Below, in pieces: positions 1-10,599 of a stretch of 64,000 nt of DNA (position 1 is the stretch's first letter; each line of letters begins with the position of its first letter). The notes below the pieces were generated by a model, which was given only the letters and a program-made list of their open reading frames with translations, searched no databases and was not told where the DNA came from. The stretch is from assembly GCA_965243395.1 (NCBI GenBank), contig CBDEUS010000002.1, positions 1,216,001 through 1,280,000 of the forward strand, given 5' to 3'. A program made the position numbers and the translations under genes. The stretch comes from Gammaproteobacteria bacterium (GTDB taxonomy: Bacteria; Pseudomonadota; Gammaproteobacteria; UBA4575).

Positions 1-120
1 ATCGTTGTAGTGGTGATGGATTTTATGGCGCAAGTGCAAGCACATTTAATGTCCCATCAGTATGAAGGCTTAATGAAGAAAGCAAATTTGAGAGGATCGG
101 GACGTAATAGGGCTCGTTAA
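1..120 (+). CDS. secY: Preprotein translocase SecY, 3' end (partial)
   Basis: Frame 1 reads [32 protein letters not shown]...stop, the SecY C-terminus; lies directly upstream of rpmJ-rpsM. Confidence 0.95.
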   Translation: MVVVVMDFMAQVQAHLMSHQYEGLMKKANLRGSGRNRAR

Positions 121-146
121 TAAAGTAAAGAAATAGAGATAGAGTA

Positions 147-260
147 ATGAAAGTACGAGCATCCGTTAAAAAAATGTGTCGCAATTGCAAAGTGATTCGC
201 CGAAATGGTGTTGTACGCGTGATTTGTAAAGATCCGCGTCACAAGCAGCGACAAGGTTAA
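147..260 (+). CDS. rpmJ: 50S ribosomal protein L36 (zinc-ribbon form)
   Basis: Manual translation [37 protein letters not shown] (37 aa, too short for the ORF track). Confidence 0.98.
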   Translation: MKVRASVKKMCRNCKVIRRNGVVRVICKDPRHKQRQG

Positions 261-289
261 ACTAGAATTAGATTAAGGCTTATTTATAA

Positions 290-646
290 ATGGCACGTAT
301 AGCAGGCATTAATGTACCGGTGCACAAGCATACCGTAATTGCATTGACCTCCATTTATGGTATTGGTCGTGCTCTGTCGAACAAAATTTGTGAGTCGGCA
401 AATGTAGCACCTGATGCAAAGATAAAAGATCTTAGCGAAGATGAAGTCGGTCGACTACGTACCGAAATTGCAAAATATAGAGTTGAAGGTGATTTGCGTA
501 GAGAAATCACAGTAAATATTAAAAGATTAATGGACCTTGGCACCTACAGAGGTATCCGGCATCGCCGTGGATTACCGCTTCGTGGACAACGTACACGTAC
601 AAATGCACGTACACGTAAAGGTCCCCGTAGACCAATTAAGAGATAA
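290..646 (+). CDS. rpsM: 30S ribosomal protein S13
   Basis: [10 protein letters not shown]...[19 protein letters not shown]; alpha operon position. Confidence 0.99.
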   Translation: MARIAGINVPVHKHTVIALTSIYGIGRALSNKICESANVAPDAKIKDLSEDEVGRLRTEIAKYRVEGDLRREITVNIKRLMDLGTYRGIRHRRGLPLRGQRTRTNARTRKGPRRPIKR

Positions 647-665
647 AGTTTAAAGAATATTTGTT

Positions 666-1055
666 ATGGCAAAAACACCAACACGTACACGAAAAAAAGT
701 AAAACGCGTTGTAACGGATGGCGTTGCACATGTGCACGCTTCATTTAATAACACTATTGTGACAATTACTGATCGTCAAGGTAATGCACTTTCTTGGGCG
801 ACTTCGGGCGGTTCGGGTTTTCGCGGTTCACGTAAAAGTACGCCTTTTGCAGCACAAGTCGCAGCGGATCGTGCAGGGCAAGCAGCATTAGAATATGGGT
901 TAAAAAATTTAGAAGTGCGTATTAAAGGTCCGGGACCTGGCCGCGAATCGGCAGTGCGTGCATTGCATGCGGTTGGCTATAAAATTACTAATATAAACGA
1001 CATTACACCCATTCCACATAATGGTTGTCGTCCGCCAAAACGTCGTCGTGTTTAA
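666..1055 (+). CDS. rpsK: 30S ribosomal protein S11
   Basis: [40 protein letters not shown]. Confidence 0.99.
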   Translation: MAKTPTRTRKKVKRVVTDGVAHVHASFNNTIVTITDRQGNALSWATSGGSGFRGSRKSTPFAAQVAADRAGQAALEYGLKNLEVRIKGPGPGRESAVRALHAVGYKITNINDITPIPHNGCRPPKRRRV

Positions 1056-1069
1056 AGGTTGAAATTATT

Positions 1070-1690
1070 ATGGCACGTTACTTAGGACCAAAATGTAAAT
1101 TAAGCCGTCGTGAAGGTACCGACCTCATGTTGAAAGGTCGCGCCCGACCGCTTGATAGTAAATGTAAGATTGACAAACAACCGGGTCAGCATGGTGATAA
1201 GCGTGGTCGACCCTCCAACTATGGTATGCAACTGCGTGAGAAACAAAAGTTGCGCCGTATTTATGGGGTTTTAGAGCGTCAGTTTAGGAACTATTATAAA
1301 AAAGCCTCACGCATAAAAGGTTCTACTGGTGAAAACTTGTTACAGTTGCTTGAATGTAGATTAGACAACGTTCTTTATCGTATGGGCTTTGGAGTAACCC
1401 GTGCAGAATGTCGTCAACTCATTAGTCATAAAGCAATTATGGTGAATGGAGGTATTGTGAATATTCCTTCTTTTCACGTTTCACCCAGTGATGTGGTTGA
1501 GGTAAGAGAAAAAGCCAAGAAGCAGTTAAGAATTCAGGACGCACTTAATACAGCGGAGCAGTTAGGTTTACCAGATTGGGTTGAGGTGGATATCAAGAAG
1601 ATGCAAGGAACATTTAAATCTGTTCCAGAACGGGGAGATTTACCACCTGATATAAATGAATCACTCGTAGTTGAGTTGTATTCGAAGTAA
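1070..1690 (+). CDS. rpsD: 30S ribosomal protein S4
   Basis: [23 protein letters not shown]; start moved from 1025 to the ATG at 1070. Confidence 0.98.
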   Translation: MARYLGPKCKLSRREGTDLMLKGRARPLDSKCKIDKQPGQHGDKRGRPSNYGMQLREKQKLRRIYGVLERQFRNYYKKASRIKGSTGENLLQLLECRLDNVLYRMGFGVTRAECRQLISHKAIMVNGGIVNIPSFHVSPSDVVEVREKAKKQLRIQDALNTAEQLGLPDWVEVDIKKMQGTFKSVPERGDLPPDINESLVVELYSK

Positions 1691-1742
1691 TCAGTAAGAT
1701 TAAATTTGCCAATTATATATTTAGTTATAAAGAGGGTTATCA

Positions 1743-2735
1743 ATGGTTGCAACAAGTGAATTATTAAAGCCTAGAGTTGTTGATGTTCAAGTAACTGATG
1801 AATGTCACGCCAAAGTTGTACTAGAGCCGCTTGAGCGTGGCTTTGGTCATACTCTTGGTAATGCATTACGTCGAATTCTGTTGTCATCAATTCAAGGTTG
1901 CGCAGTGGTTGAAGTTCAAATTGATGGCGTGTTGCACGAATACACTGCTATTGAGGGTGTACAAGAAGATGTCGTGGACATCTTATTGAATCTCAAAGGT
2001 GTTGCTGCAGTCATGCATAATAAAAATGAAGCGATGTTAACTTTGCATAAGACAGGTCCAGGTGTTGCCACTGCAGGGGATATCGAAACTGATCATGATG
2101 TAGAGATCATTAACAAAGACCATGTAATTGCGCATTTGACTGAGCAAGGTTCTTTAAGCATGACACTTAAGATTTCAAAAGGTCGTGGATATCAACCGGC
2201 AACGCAACGAAGAAATGAAGATGATCGTGCTATCGGTTCATTATTACTTGATGCAAGCTTTAGCCCGGTTCGCAAGGTTGCTTATTCAGTTGATAGTGCT
2301 CGTGTAGAGCAAAGAACAGACTTAGATAAACTCATCGTTGATTTAGAGACTAATGGTACGGTTGATCCAGAAGAAACTATTCGCAAGGCCGCGGGAATTT
2401 TACAGCAACAATTATCCGTATTTGTTGATTTGCAAGGCGATGAACAGGTTGAACAAGAGAAAACTGAAACAGAAATTGATCCGATTTTGGTTCGTCCTGT
2501 AGACGATTTAGAATTAACCGTGCGTTCTGCAAATTGTTTGAAAGCAGAAAATATTTACTATATCGGTGACCTAATTCAACGCACTGAAGTGGAGTTATTA
2601 AAAACACCTAATTTGGGTAAAAAATCACTTACTGAAATTAAAGATGTATTAGGGACGCACGGATTGTCTTTAGGCATGCGTCTAGAAAACTGGCCTCCGG
2701 CTAACTTGCGTGAAGAACGTAAAGTGATTATTTGA
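1743..2735 (+). CDS. rpoA: RNA polymerase alpha subunit
   Basis: [23 protein letters not shown]; C-terminal domain [25 protein letters not shown]. Confidence 0.99.
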   Translation: MVATSELLKPRVVDVQVTDECHAKVVLEPLERGFGHTLGNALRRILLSSIQGCAVVEVQIDGVLHEYTAIEGVQEDVVDILLNLKGVAAVMHNKNEAMLTLHKTGPGVATAGDIETDHDVEIINKDHVIAHLTEQGSLSMTLKISKGRGYQPATQRRNEDDRAIGSLLLDASFSPVRKVAYSVDSARVEQRTDLDKLIVDLETNGTVDPEETIRKAAGILQQQLSVFVDLQGDEQVEQEKTETEIDPILVRPVDDLELTVRSANCLKAENIYYIGDLIQRTEVELLKTPNLGKKSLTEIKDVLGTHGLSLGMRLENWPPANLREERKVII

Positions 2736-2753
2736 TAAAGATAGGAAATTGTT

Positions 2754-3122
2754 GTGAGACATCGAAAATCAGGTCGACATTTAAATCGCAATAGCCCACA
2801 TCGTAAAGCGATGATGAGCAACATGGCGACCTCGTTATTTTCACATGAAATAATACGAACTACTTTGCCAAAGGCAAAGGAGCTGCGACGCTATGCAGAG
2901 CCGCTGATTACTTTAGCGAAAGAAGATAGTGTCGATAAAAGACGTTTAGCCTTTTCACGCTTACGTGATAAAGCTGCGGTTGGAAAATTATTTTCTGAGC
3001 TTGGGCCACGTTATAAAGAGCGACCTGGTGGATATACACGAATACTTAAATGCGGATTTCGTCCGGGTGACAAAGCCCCTATGGCACTGGTTGAACTTGT
3101 AGATCGCCCCCTCGAAGAATAA
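2754..3122 (+). CDS. rplQ: 50S ribosomal protein L17
   Basis: [12 protein letters not shown]...[10 protein letters not shown]; GTG start. Confidence 0.99.
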   Translation: MRHRKSGRHLNRNSPHRKAMMSNMATSLFSHEIIRTTLPKAKELRRYAEPLITLAKEDSVDKRRLAFSRLRDKAAVGKLFSELGPRYKERPGGYTRILKCGFRPGDKAPMALVELVDRPLEE

Positions 3123-3147
3123 AAAACTTTAATTAAATTGTATTAAC

Positions 3148-3172
3148 AAGCCAGGTTAACCCTGGCTTTTTT
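3148..3172 (+). terminator. Intrinsic terminator of the alpha operon
   Basis: Hairpin AAGCCAGG-ttaac-CCTGGCTT running into a T tract, 25 nt after the rplQ stop. Confidence 0.85.
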
Positions 3173-3208
3173 GTGCTTATTTGATAGTAAAAACACAAAG
3201 TCAAAAAA

Positions 3209-3224
3209 TGTGAATATTGTCACA
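3209..3224. promoter_or_regulatory. CRP/Vfr-type binding site
   Basis: TGTGA-atattg-TCACA matches the TGTGA-N6-TCACA core exactly, with an A-rich 5' flank, about 140 bp upstream of the ATG at 3361. Confidence 0.7.
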
Positions 3225-3360
3225 AGTTAGTGTAAACAGCTGTGATCTTTAATAAATTTCAATCAGTTAACAAGCGTATTTAAAAATAACATCCAAAATA
3301 CTTGCTGATTCAACTATTTTATATATGTAGAATTTGACAATAAATGTTTATGAGTTGGAC

Positions 3361-6300
3361 ATGAAATTCTTCACAAAATTTAAGATAGCAATAAATTTAC
3401 TTTTAATCTTTTTATTGTTTTCTGCTAATGCGACATATGCAGCAACTATTATCGTATTAGATAGTGAGCCCGGTGATTTTGTTGGTGCAGGCCAATTAAT
3501 AATACGTGATACCACGGATGGCACATTTACTACGATGCGCGCGAACTCAAGCCATGTGAATATTAGAATGAGTGGGACTGGGACTTTTTGGGGGCTAGAT
3601 TTCGAAGCTATAGAAGGTCAAGAGCTAGTTCCTGGAACATATTTAAATGCTACTAGATATCCGTTTAATCCAACAAATGTAAATGGGCTTTCTGTAAGTG
3701 GTGATGGCCGTGGTTGTAATCAACTCTCAGGTCAATTTACCGTACTTGAAGCAGTTTATAATTCGTCTGATGGGTCTGTCCAAAGTTTTGCAGCAGACTT
3801 TGAGCAGCATTGTGAAAATGCTATACCAGCGTTATTTGGGCAAGTACGTTTTAATAGCAATGTGCCACTATCTATTAATGTAGATTATGACTTGTCAATA
3901 AGTAATCTTGCTAGTAAGGAAAACTATCTTGTCGGTGAAGATATTATTTATACCATTGATGTTTCTAATTTACATACTACAGTCGCGAGAGATGTAACTG
4001 TAACTGATAGTTTACCATCAGGCTTAAATTTTATTTCAGTAACACCAAGTATCGGTAACTGCACAGGTGGTATAAATATAACATGCAGTCTTGGGGACCT
4101 TAATCCAGGCGTAAGTGCAAGTATTAATTTAGTCACTAGAGCACAATCTACTGGTAATTTCTTTAATACGGTATCCGTATCTGCAAGTGGTATTAATTTA
4201 AATGATTCAAATGATAACTTCACAGAAGTAGTAACGGTTAATCCCCTTCCATTAACTGAAAATTTATATCCACTCACAGAAAGAAATCATTGGACTTATT
4301 TGCAAGATGGTGGGTTAAATTATACTGAAACGGTTACGGATGTAGGCGTTACATTTAATGGACAAACTACGGTAAGTGTACTTGACTCAGACGGAGATAC
4401 GACTTACTACTCCAATGATCAGAATGGATTATTAGAACATGGATTCAAAGATAATAGTGGAGATATTGCAACACTGACACCACCTGTAAAAATTTTGAAT
4501 GCTCAACCGCAAATTGGAGACATTATAAATAGTGGTGGAACAGCACAATTTAACTTATCGAGTCAGGGTTTAGGTACATTCGATTTTCTCTACACAGCAA
4601 CCTCTGAAGTTCTTGGTGTTGAACAAGTATCTGTACCATTTGGCAGTCTTATTGCTGTCAAAGTACAACTTACTGCAATGATAAGTGGAAATGTTCAAGG
4701 AATCCCTTTTAATGAATCTAGTATTGACACTATATGGTTTGTTGAAGATGTTGGATATGTAAAGAACATAGTTAATGATCAAGATGATTTCTCAACAACA
4801 ACTTTTGAACTCTTTAGTTTTGAAACTTTACCACCACCCCCTACGATTACATCGCCGACCGATGGCTCCACGTTTACGGGAAGCAGCGTGACCTTCATGT
4901 GGGATGCGATGGGCACGCCGGTGAGTGAATGGTGGATCAACTTAGGCAGCACCTTGGGTGGGCGCGACATTCATGTGAGTGGATCGTTGGGCAGTGCCAC
5001 GAGTGTCACGATTAACAACATCCCTGTGGATGGCAGCACAGTGTATGCACGGTTATGGTATCGCAACGGTGGCGGTGCATGGCAATCACAAGACTTTACC
5101 TATACCGCATTTACCGGACCGCCTCCGCAACTTCCTACGATTACATCGCCGACCGATGGCTCCACGTTTACGGGAAGCAGCGTGACCTTCATGTGGGATG
5201 CGATGGGCACGCCGGTGAGTGAATGGTGGATCAACTTAGGCAGCACCTTGGGTGGGCGCGACATTCATGTGAGTGGATCGTTGGGCAGTGCCACGAGTGT
5301 CACGATTAACAACATCCCTGTGGATGGCAGCACAGTGTATGCACGGTTATGGTATCGCAACGGTGGCGGTTCATGGCAATCACAAGACTTTACCTATACC
5401 GCATTTACCGGACCGCCTCCGCAACTTCCTACGATTACATCGCCGACCGATGGCTCCACGTTTACGGGAAGCAGCGTGACCTTCATGTGGGATGCGATGG
5501 GCACGCCGGTGAGTGAATGGTGGATCAACTTAGGCAGCACCTTGGGTGGGCGCGACATTCATGTGAGTGGATCGTTGGGCAGTGCCACGAGTGTCACGAT
5601 TAACAATATCCCTGTGGATGGCAGCACAGTGTATGCACGGTTATGGTATCGCAACGGTGGCGGTGCATGGCAATCACAAGACTTTACCTATACCGCATTT
5701 ACCGGACCGCCTCCGCAACTTCCTACGATTACATCGCCGACCGATGGCTCCACGTTTACGGGAAGCAGCGTGACCTTCATGTGGGATGCGATGGGCGCGC
5801 CGGTGAGTGAATGGTGGATCAACTTAGGCAGCACCTTGGGTGGGCGCGACATTCATGTGAGTGGATCGTTGGGCAGTGCCACGAGTGTCACGATTAACAA
5901 CATCCCTGTGGATGGCAGCACAGTGTATGCACGGTTATGGTATCGCAACGGTGGCGGTGCATGGCAATCACAAGACTTTACCTATACCGCATTTACCGGA
6001 CCGCCTCCGCAACTTCCTACGATTACATCGCCGACCGATGGCTCCACGTTTACGGGAAGCAGCGTGACCTTCATGTGGGATGCGATGGGCACGCCGGTGA
6101 GTGAATGGTGGATCAACTTAGGCAGCACCTTGGGTGGGCGCGACATTCATGTGAGTGGATCGTTGGGCAGTGCCACGAGTGTCACGATTAACAACATCCC
6201 TGTGGATGGCAGCACAGTGTATGCACGGTTATGGTATCGCAACGGTGGCGGTGCATGGCAATCACAAGACTTTACCTATACCGCATTTACCGGACCGCCT

Positions 6301-6984
6301 CCGCAACTTCCTACGATTACATCGCCGACCGATGGCTCCACGTTTACGGGAAGCAGCGTGACCTTCATGTGGGATGCGATGGGCACGCCGGTGAGTGAAT
6401 GGTGGATCAACTTAGGCAGCACCTTGGGTGGGCGCGACATTCATGTGAGTGGATCGTTGGGCAGTGCCACGAGTGTCACGATTAACAACATCCCTGTGGA
6501 TGGCAGCACAGTGTATGCACGGTTATGGTATCGCAACGGTGGCGGTTCATGGCAATCACAAGACTTTACGTACACTGCTGCTACTATATTTGTTGGCGTT
6601 TATTCAATGAGTGGGACCAATGTAGATAGCGGTTGTCAAGATCCGTCAGATAATGGCGTGACAACTCTAGCAGGTAGTTTCTCGATACCGAGTCAATCCA
6701 GCAATGCATTTGTAGGGACTTTTGATGTAGAGACACTTGATGGAATTGTACTTTCGCAGACAGGAATAAGTATTACTGGCACATTTAATTCAAATTATAC
6801 ATCTGCAACTAACATTTCAGGTACCTATGTATTCGAGGCAAATGAAGGTGTAAATTTGTTAGCGAGAAACGAAGGGACATTTACGGCAAACTTAATCGGA
6901 AATCAATTCTCAATCAGTTACTCAGGTATGGATACAGTAGGCGATGTTTGTCAAAGTACTGGGGGATTATCAGGGCGTACTTAA
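3361..6984 (+). CDS. Large secreted multidomain surface protein (signal peptide, Cys-pair beta domain, DUF11-like domain, beta domain, six 98-aa Trp-rich repeats, C-terminal beta domain); putative adhesin
   Basis: MKFFTKFK...SANATYA signal peptide from ATG 3361. DLSISN..VGEDIIYTIDVSN..DVTVTDSLPSGLNFIS..ITCSLGDL is DUF11-like. Six repeats PTITSPTDGST...WQSQDFTYTA. Confidence 0.8.
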   Translation: MKFFTKFKIAINLLLIFLLFSANATYAATIIVLDSEPGDFVGAGQLIIRDTTDGTFTTMRANSSHVNIRMSGTGTFWGLDFEAIEGQELVPGTYLNATRYPFNPTNVNGLSVSGDGRGCNQLSGQFTVLEAVYNSSDGSVQSFAADFEQHCENAIPALFGQVRFNSNVPLSINVDYDLSISNLASKENYLVGEDIIYTIDVSNLHTTVARDVTVTDSLPSGLNFISVTPSIGNCTGGINITCSLGDLNPGVSASINLVTRAQSTGNFFNTVSVSASGINLNDSNDNFTEVVTVNPLPLTENLYPLTERNHWTYLQDGGLNYTETVTDVGVTFNGQTTVSVLDSDGDTTYYSNDQNGLLEHGFKDNSGDIATLTPPVKILNAQPQIGDIINSGGTAQFNLSSQGLGTFDFLYTATSEVLGVEQVSVPFGSLIAVKVQLTAMISGNVQGIPFNESSIDTIWFVEDVGYVKNIVNDQDDFSTTTFELFSFETLPPPPTITSPTDGSTFTGSSVTFMWDAMGTPVSEWWINLGSTLGGRDIHVSGSLGSATSVTINNIPVDGSTVYARLWYRNGGGAWQSQDFTYTAFTGPPPQLPTITSPTDGSTFTGSSVTFMWDAMGTPVSEWWINLGSTLGGRDIHVSGSLGSATSVTINNIPVDGSTVYARLWYRNGGGSWQSQDFTYTAFTGPPPQLPTITSPTDGSTFTGSSVTFMWDAMGTPVSEWWINLGSTLGGRDIHVSGSLGSATSVTINNIPVDGSTVYARLWYRNGGGAWQSQDFTYTAFTGPPPQLPTITSPTDGSTFTGSSVTFMWDAMGAPVSEWWINLGSTLGGRDIHVSGSLGSATSVTINNIPVDGSTVYARLWYRNGGGAWQSQDFTYTAFTGPPPQLPTITSPTDGSTFTGSSVTFMWDAMGTPVSEWWINLGSTLGGRDIHVSGSLGSATSVTINNIPVDGSTVYARLWYRNGGGAWQSQDFTYTAFTGPPPQLPTITSPTDGSTFTGSSVTFMWDAMGTPVSEWWINLGSTLGGRDIHVSGSLGSATSVTINNIPVDGSTVYARLWYRNGGGSWQSQDFTYTAATIFVGVYSMSGTNVDSGCQDPSDNGVTTLAGSFSIPSQSSNAFVGTFDVETLDGIVLSQTGISITGTFNSNYTSATNISGTYVFEANEGVNLLARNEGTFTANLIGNQFSISYSGMDTVGDVCQSTGGLSGRT
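4840..6569 (+). repeat. Intragenic tandem repeat, 294-bp unit x ~5.9 copies
   Basis: Units start at 4840, 5134, 5428, 5722, 6016 and 6310. Only single-base differences were seen, at 5371, 5607, 5797 and 6547. Confidence 0.98.
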
Positions 6985-7000
6985 GTTACATTGTTTTAAT

Positions 7001-9823
7001 TTACATTAAAATATTTTCTAAATATTGTCCTGTGAATGAATGTTTAGTAGAGGAAATATCTTCTGGTGTTCCAGTAGCAACAACACTGCCTCCTCTATGT
7101 CCACCTTCTGGCCCAAGATCAATTATCCAATCTGCTGTTTTAATTACATCAAGATTGTGTTCAATCACAATTACTGTATTACCTTGGTCTCGTAGTCGAT
7201 GGAGCACTTTTAAAAGTTGTTCTACATCATAAAAATGCAAGCCTGTTGTAGGTTCATCCAGTATATATAATGTGCTTCCTGTGCTACGTTTTGAAAGTTC
7301 ACGAGAAAGTTTCACACGTTGGGCTTCACCACCAGATAAAGTAGTCGCACTTTGCCCAAGTGTAATGTAGGAAAGCCCCACGTCCATCAACGTATCTAAT
7401 TTACGTTTTACCACTGGAATGGCATCGAAAAATTCCACTGCATCTTCAACAGTCATTTCCAGGACTTCATGTATATTTTTCTCTTTGAATAGAATCTCAA
7501 GCGTCTCGCGGTTATAACGTTTGCCATGACAAATATCACAAGGAACATAGATGTCTGGAAGAAAATGCATTTCAACTTTTATTACGCCATCACCTTGGCA
7601 GGCTTCACATCTTCCACCTTTAACATTAAAACTGAATCTTCCCGGAGAATAGCCGCGAGAACGCGATTCTTGTGTATTGGCAAATAATTCGCGAATGGGT
7701 GTGAATAAGCCTGTGTAAGTTGCAGGGTTTGAACGTGGTGTTCGTCCAATGGGGCTTTGATTAATATCTATAACTTTATCAATTTTATCTAAGCCTTTTA
7801 TATCTTTGCATTCAGAAGGGAGCAGTCCCGAGCCATATATGTACCTCATGCAGAACTTATATAAAGTATCATTTATAAGAGTTGATTTTCCTGAGCCAGA
7901 CACACCCGTGATTACCGTTAGTAGCCCTAAGGGGATTTCGACATTAATATTTTTTAGATTATTACCTGATGCTTTTACTATTTTAATGGCGTCGCTTTTT
8001 TGAAAAGGCAACCTCATCTCTGGGAGTGGTATCTTCCTGTTGCCTGAAAGATATTGCCCAGTAAGAGATGCTGAGTTACTTTCGATTTCATTAGGAGCGC
8101 CTTCTGCTACCACTTTTCCACCATGTACGCCTGCGCCTGGGCCAATATCTAAAACATGGTCTGCGCTACGAATCGCTTCCTCATCATGTTCAACAACAAT
8201 TACAGTATTGCCTAATTCTTTCAAATAGTTGAGTGTATCAAGCAAGCGTTGGTTATCGCGTTGGTGTAAACCAATGGAGGGTTCATCAAGGATGTAAGTT
8301 ACGCCAACCAAACCCGATCCAATTTGACTCGCAAGACGAATACGTTGCGCTTCTCCACCGGATAAGGTGTCAGCACTCCTGTCAAGGGTTAAATAGTCAA
8401 GGCCTACATTGACTAAGAATTTGAGTCGCTCGTTAATTTCATTTATAACTTTTTCACCCACTTTCGCAAGGTGACCCGGTAATTTCAGTTTTTGAAAAAA
8501 ATTAAGAGCTTCTTCTGTAGACCACGAAGTTATCGTGGGTAAGTTAATCTTTTGAATAAATACGTTTCTTGCTTCAGTATTTAATCTCTCGCCATTACAA
8601 GTCTGACAAGTCTGGGTGGTTAAATATTTGCTTAGTTCTTCACGTACCGCACTGGATTCTGTTTCGTGAAAACGCCTATCCATATTTGGAATGATGCCTT
8701 CAAAAGTATGCCAGCGTTTATAGATTTTTCCATTTTCGTTAGTGTATTTAAATTGAATTTCCTCATCTTCACTACCATAAAGGAGAATATCCTGTATTTC
8801 TTCTTCTAAATCGTTAAAAGGTGCTTCGATGTCAAATTCGTAGTGATCAGCAAGTGATTGGATCATATTAAAATAATAGGCGTTGCGTCGATCCCAACCG
8901 CGTATCGCTCCACCCGCTAAGCTAATATCATCATTTACAACCACTAGTTCAGGGTCAAAAAATTCTTCAATGCCTAGACCATCGCAATCCTTACAAGCAC
9001 CTACTGGATTATTAAAAGAGAATAAACGTGGTTCAAGTTCATTCAAGCTATAACCACATTTTGGACAAGCAAACTTCGCAGAAAAAACAAGTTCGGCCTC
9101 ATCTGGATTATCCATTGAGGAAATGATTGCAATATCATCAGCTAGCTTTAATGCGGTTTCAAAGGACTCAGCTAATCGCGATTTTAAATTTTGCTTTATT
9201 TTGAATCGGTCAACGATTACTTCGATATTATGTTTGCGGCGTAAATCTAACTTTGGAGGTGCATCCAGCTCATAAATCTCTCCATCTATACGAGCACGAA
9301 TGAATCCATCGGCTTGGAGTTTTGCAAGTAATTGAACATGCTCACCTTTGCGATTTTGAATGACCGGTGCAAGCAACATATATTTTTTATCTTCCTCAAA
9401 AGAAAGTACTTTATCCACCATTTGACTAATGGTTTGTGCATGAAGATCTATATGATGTGTTGGGCACCTTGGAGTGCCTGCTCTTGCGTATAAAAGTCTA
9501 AGGTAGTCGTATATCTCTGTAATGGTGCCTACAGTTGAGCGTGGGTTATGAGAAGTTGCTTTTTGTTCTATAGATATTGAAGGAGATAAACCATCAATGG
9601 AATCCACATCGGGTTTATCCATGCGAGCCAAAAATTGTCGTGCATAAGCGGATAAAGATTCAACGTAACGTCTTTGGCCTTCGGCAAATATTGTGTCGAA
9701 TGCTAGAGATGATTTTCCTGAACCTGATAGTCCAGTAATTACAATTAATTTATCTCTGGGTAGATCGATATCGATATTTTGTAGATTATGAGTTCTTGCC
9801 CCACGGATACTAATTTTTTTCAT
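7001..9823 (-). CDS. uvrA: Excinuclease ABC subunit A
   Basis: [21 protein letters not shown], two ABC cassettes with LSGGEAQR, zinc fingers; 940 aa. Confidence 0.99.
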   Translation of the reverse strand: MKKISIRGARTHNLQNIDIDLPRDKLIVITGLSGSGKSSLAFDTIFAEGQRRYVESLSAYARQFLARMDKPDVDSIDGLSPSISIEQKATSHNPRSTVGTITEIYDYLRLLYARAGTPRCPTHHIDLHAQTISQMVDKVLSFEEDKKYMLLAPVIQNRKGEHVQLLAKLQADGFIRARIDGEIYELDAPPKLDLRRKHNIEVIVDRFKIKQNLKSRLAESFETALKLADDIAIISSMDNPDEAELVFSAKFACPKCGYSLNELEPRLFSFNNPVGACKDCDGLGIEEFFDPELVVVNDDISLAGGAIRGWDRRNAYYFNMIQSLADHYEFDIEAPFNDLEEEIQDILLYGSEDEEIQFKYTNENGKIYKRWHTFEGIIPNMDRRFHETESSAVREELSKYLTTQTCQTCNGERLNTEARNVFIQKINLPTITSWSTEEALNFFQKLKLPGHLAKVGEKVINEINERLKFLVNVGLDYLTLDRSADTLSGGEAQRIRLASQIGSGLVGVTYILDEPSIGLHQRDNQRLLDTLNYLKELGNTVIVVEHDEEAIRSADHVLDIGPGAGVHGGKVVAEGAPNEIESNSASLTGQYLSGNRKIPLPEMRLPFQKSDAIKIVKASGNNLKNINVEIPLGLLTVITGVSGSGKSTLINDTLYKFCMRYIYGSGLLPSECKDIKGLDKIDKVIDINQSPIGRTPRSNPATYTGLFTPIRELFANTQESRSRGYSPGRFSFNVKGGRCEACQGDGVIKVEMHFLPDIYVPCDICHGKRYNRETLEILFKEKNIHEVLEMTVEDAVEFFDAIPVVKRKLDTLMDVGLSYITLGQSATTLSGGEAQRVKLSRELSKRSTGSTLYILDEPTTGLHFYDVEQLLKVLHRLRDQGNTVIVIEHNLDVIKTADWIIDLGPEGGHRGGSVVATGTPEDISSTKHSFTGQYLENILM

Positions 9824-10081
9824 TCCTTGGCTCGGTAAGTATCAAACCCACTAATATACTTGTATTTTAAGAGGAGAGTGAACTATTGATTGATATTCTT
9901 AGAGATATAGTAATTCATATTTCAGTAAATTAGCTTGTAAGATTCAACTAGATTCTTAAGAGATGCTTTGGAATATGGATGGTTAAAAAATACACATCTT
10001 TATATAGTCACCGTGTGTTTTTGGGTATAAGGACGTAAAATACAAACTTATAAATTTATACTTATATATAGGTGAATAGAG

Positions 10082-10519
10082 ATGGCTAGAGGCGTGAATA
10101 AAGTTATATTGGTTGGAAATCTAGGGCAGGACCCTGAAATAAAATATATGCCTAGTGGGCAAGCGGTATGTAATATCAGTATTGCAACTACTGAATCTTG
10201 GAATGATAAAACGTCTGGGGAAAAAGTAGAAAAAACGGAGTGGCACCGTGTAGTTTTTTTTCGTCGTTTAGCTGAAATTGCGGGAGAGTATTTACGCAAA
10301 GGTTCACAGGTTTATGTAGAAGGACGTTTGCAAACAAGAAAATGGCAGGATCAAAGTGGAAACGACCGCTATACTACAGAAATTGTTGCAAATGAAATGC
10401 AAATGTTAGGCGGAAAAGGCTCAGGTGTTGCTTCAATGCCTGAATCAAACCCAACTTCGCAACCTGAACCTGTGGCAGCTGGATCATCTGATGATTTTGA
10501 TGATGATATTCCATTTTAA
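10082..10519 (+). CDS. ssb: Single-stranded DNA-binding protein
   Basis: [20 protein letters not shown]-terminal DFDDDIPF; divergent from uvrA. Confidence 0.99.
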   Translation: MARGVNKVILVGNLGQDPEIKYMPSGQAVCNISIATTESWNDKTSGEKVEKTEWHRVVFFRRLAEIAGEYLRKGSQVYVEGRLQTRKWQDQSGNDRYTTEIVANEMQMLGGKGSGVASMPESNPTSQPEPVAAGSSDDFDDDIPF

Positions 10520-10599
10520 AGTTATAGCCTTAGAAGTTAGTCATTAAAAACTTAGACTCATTCTTCGGATACAATTAACAGTTTATAAAACAGTCTAAA

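Noticed and set aside
4979-6361. Five near-identical 68-aa ORFs (MDRWAVPRVS...) in an alternative frame
   Set aside because: Shadow frames created by the 294-bp coding repeat; the long in-frame protein explains the sequence.
4840-6569. Repeat array as CRISPR, DGR template/variable repeat or integron cassettes
   Set aside because: Head-to-tail units with no spacers, in frame within a CDS. The few differences are not adenine-specific, and no cas, reverse transcriptase or integrase gene is in the window.
9824-10081. LexA (SOS) box expected between uvrA and ssb
   Set aside because: No CTGT-N8-ACAG found by eye; the imperfect inverted repeat near 9985-10022 is too weak to call.
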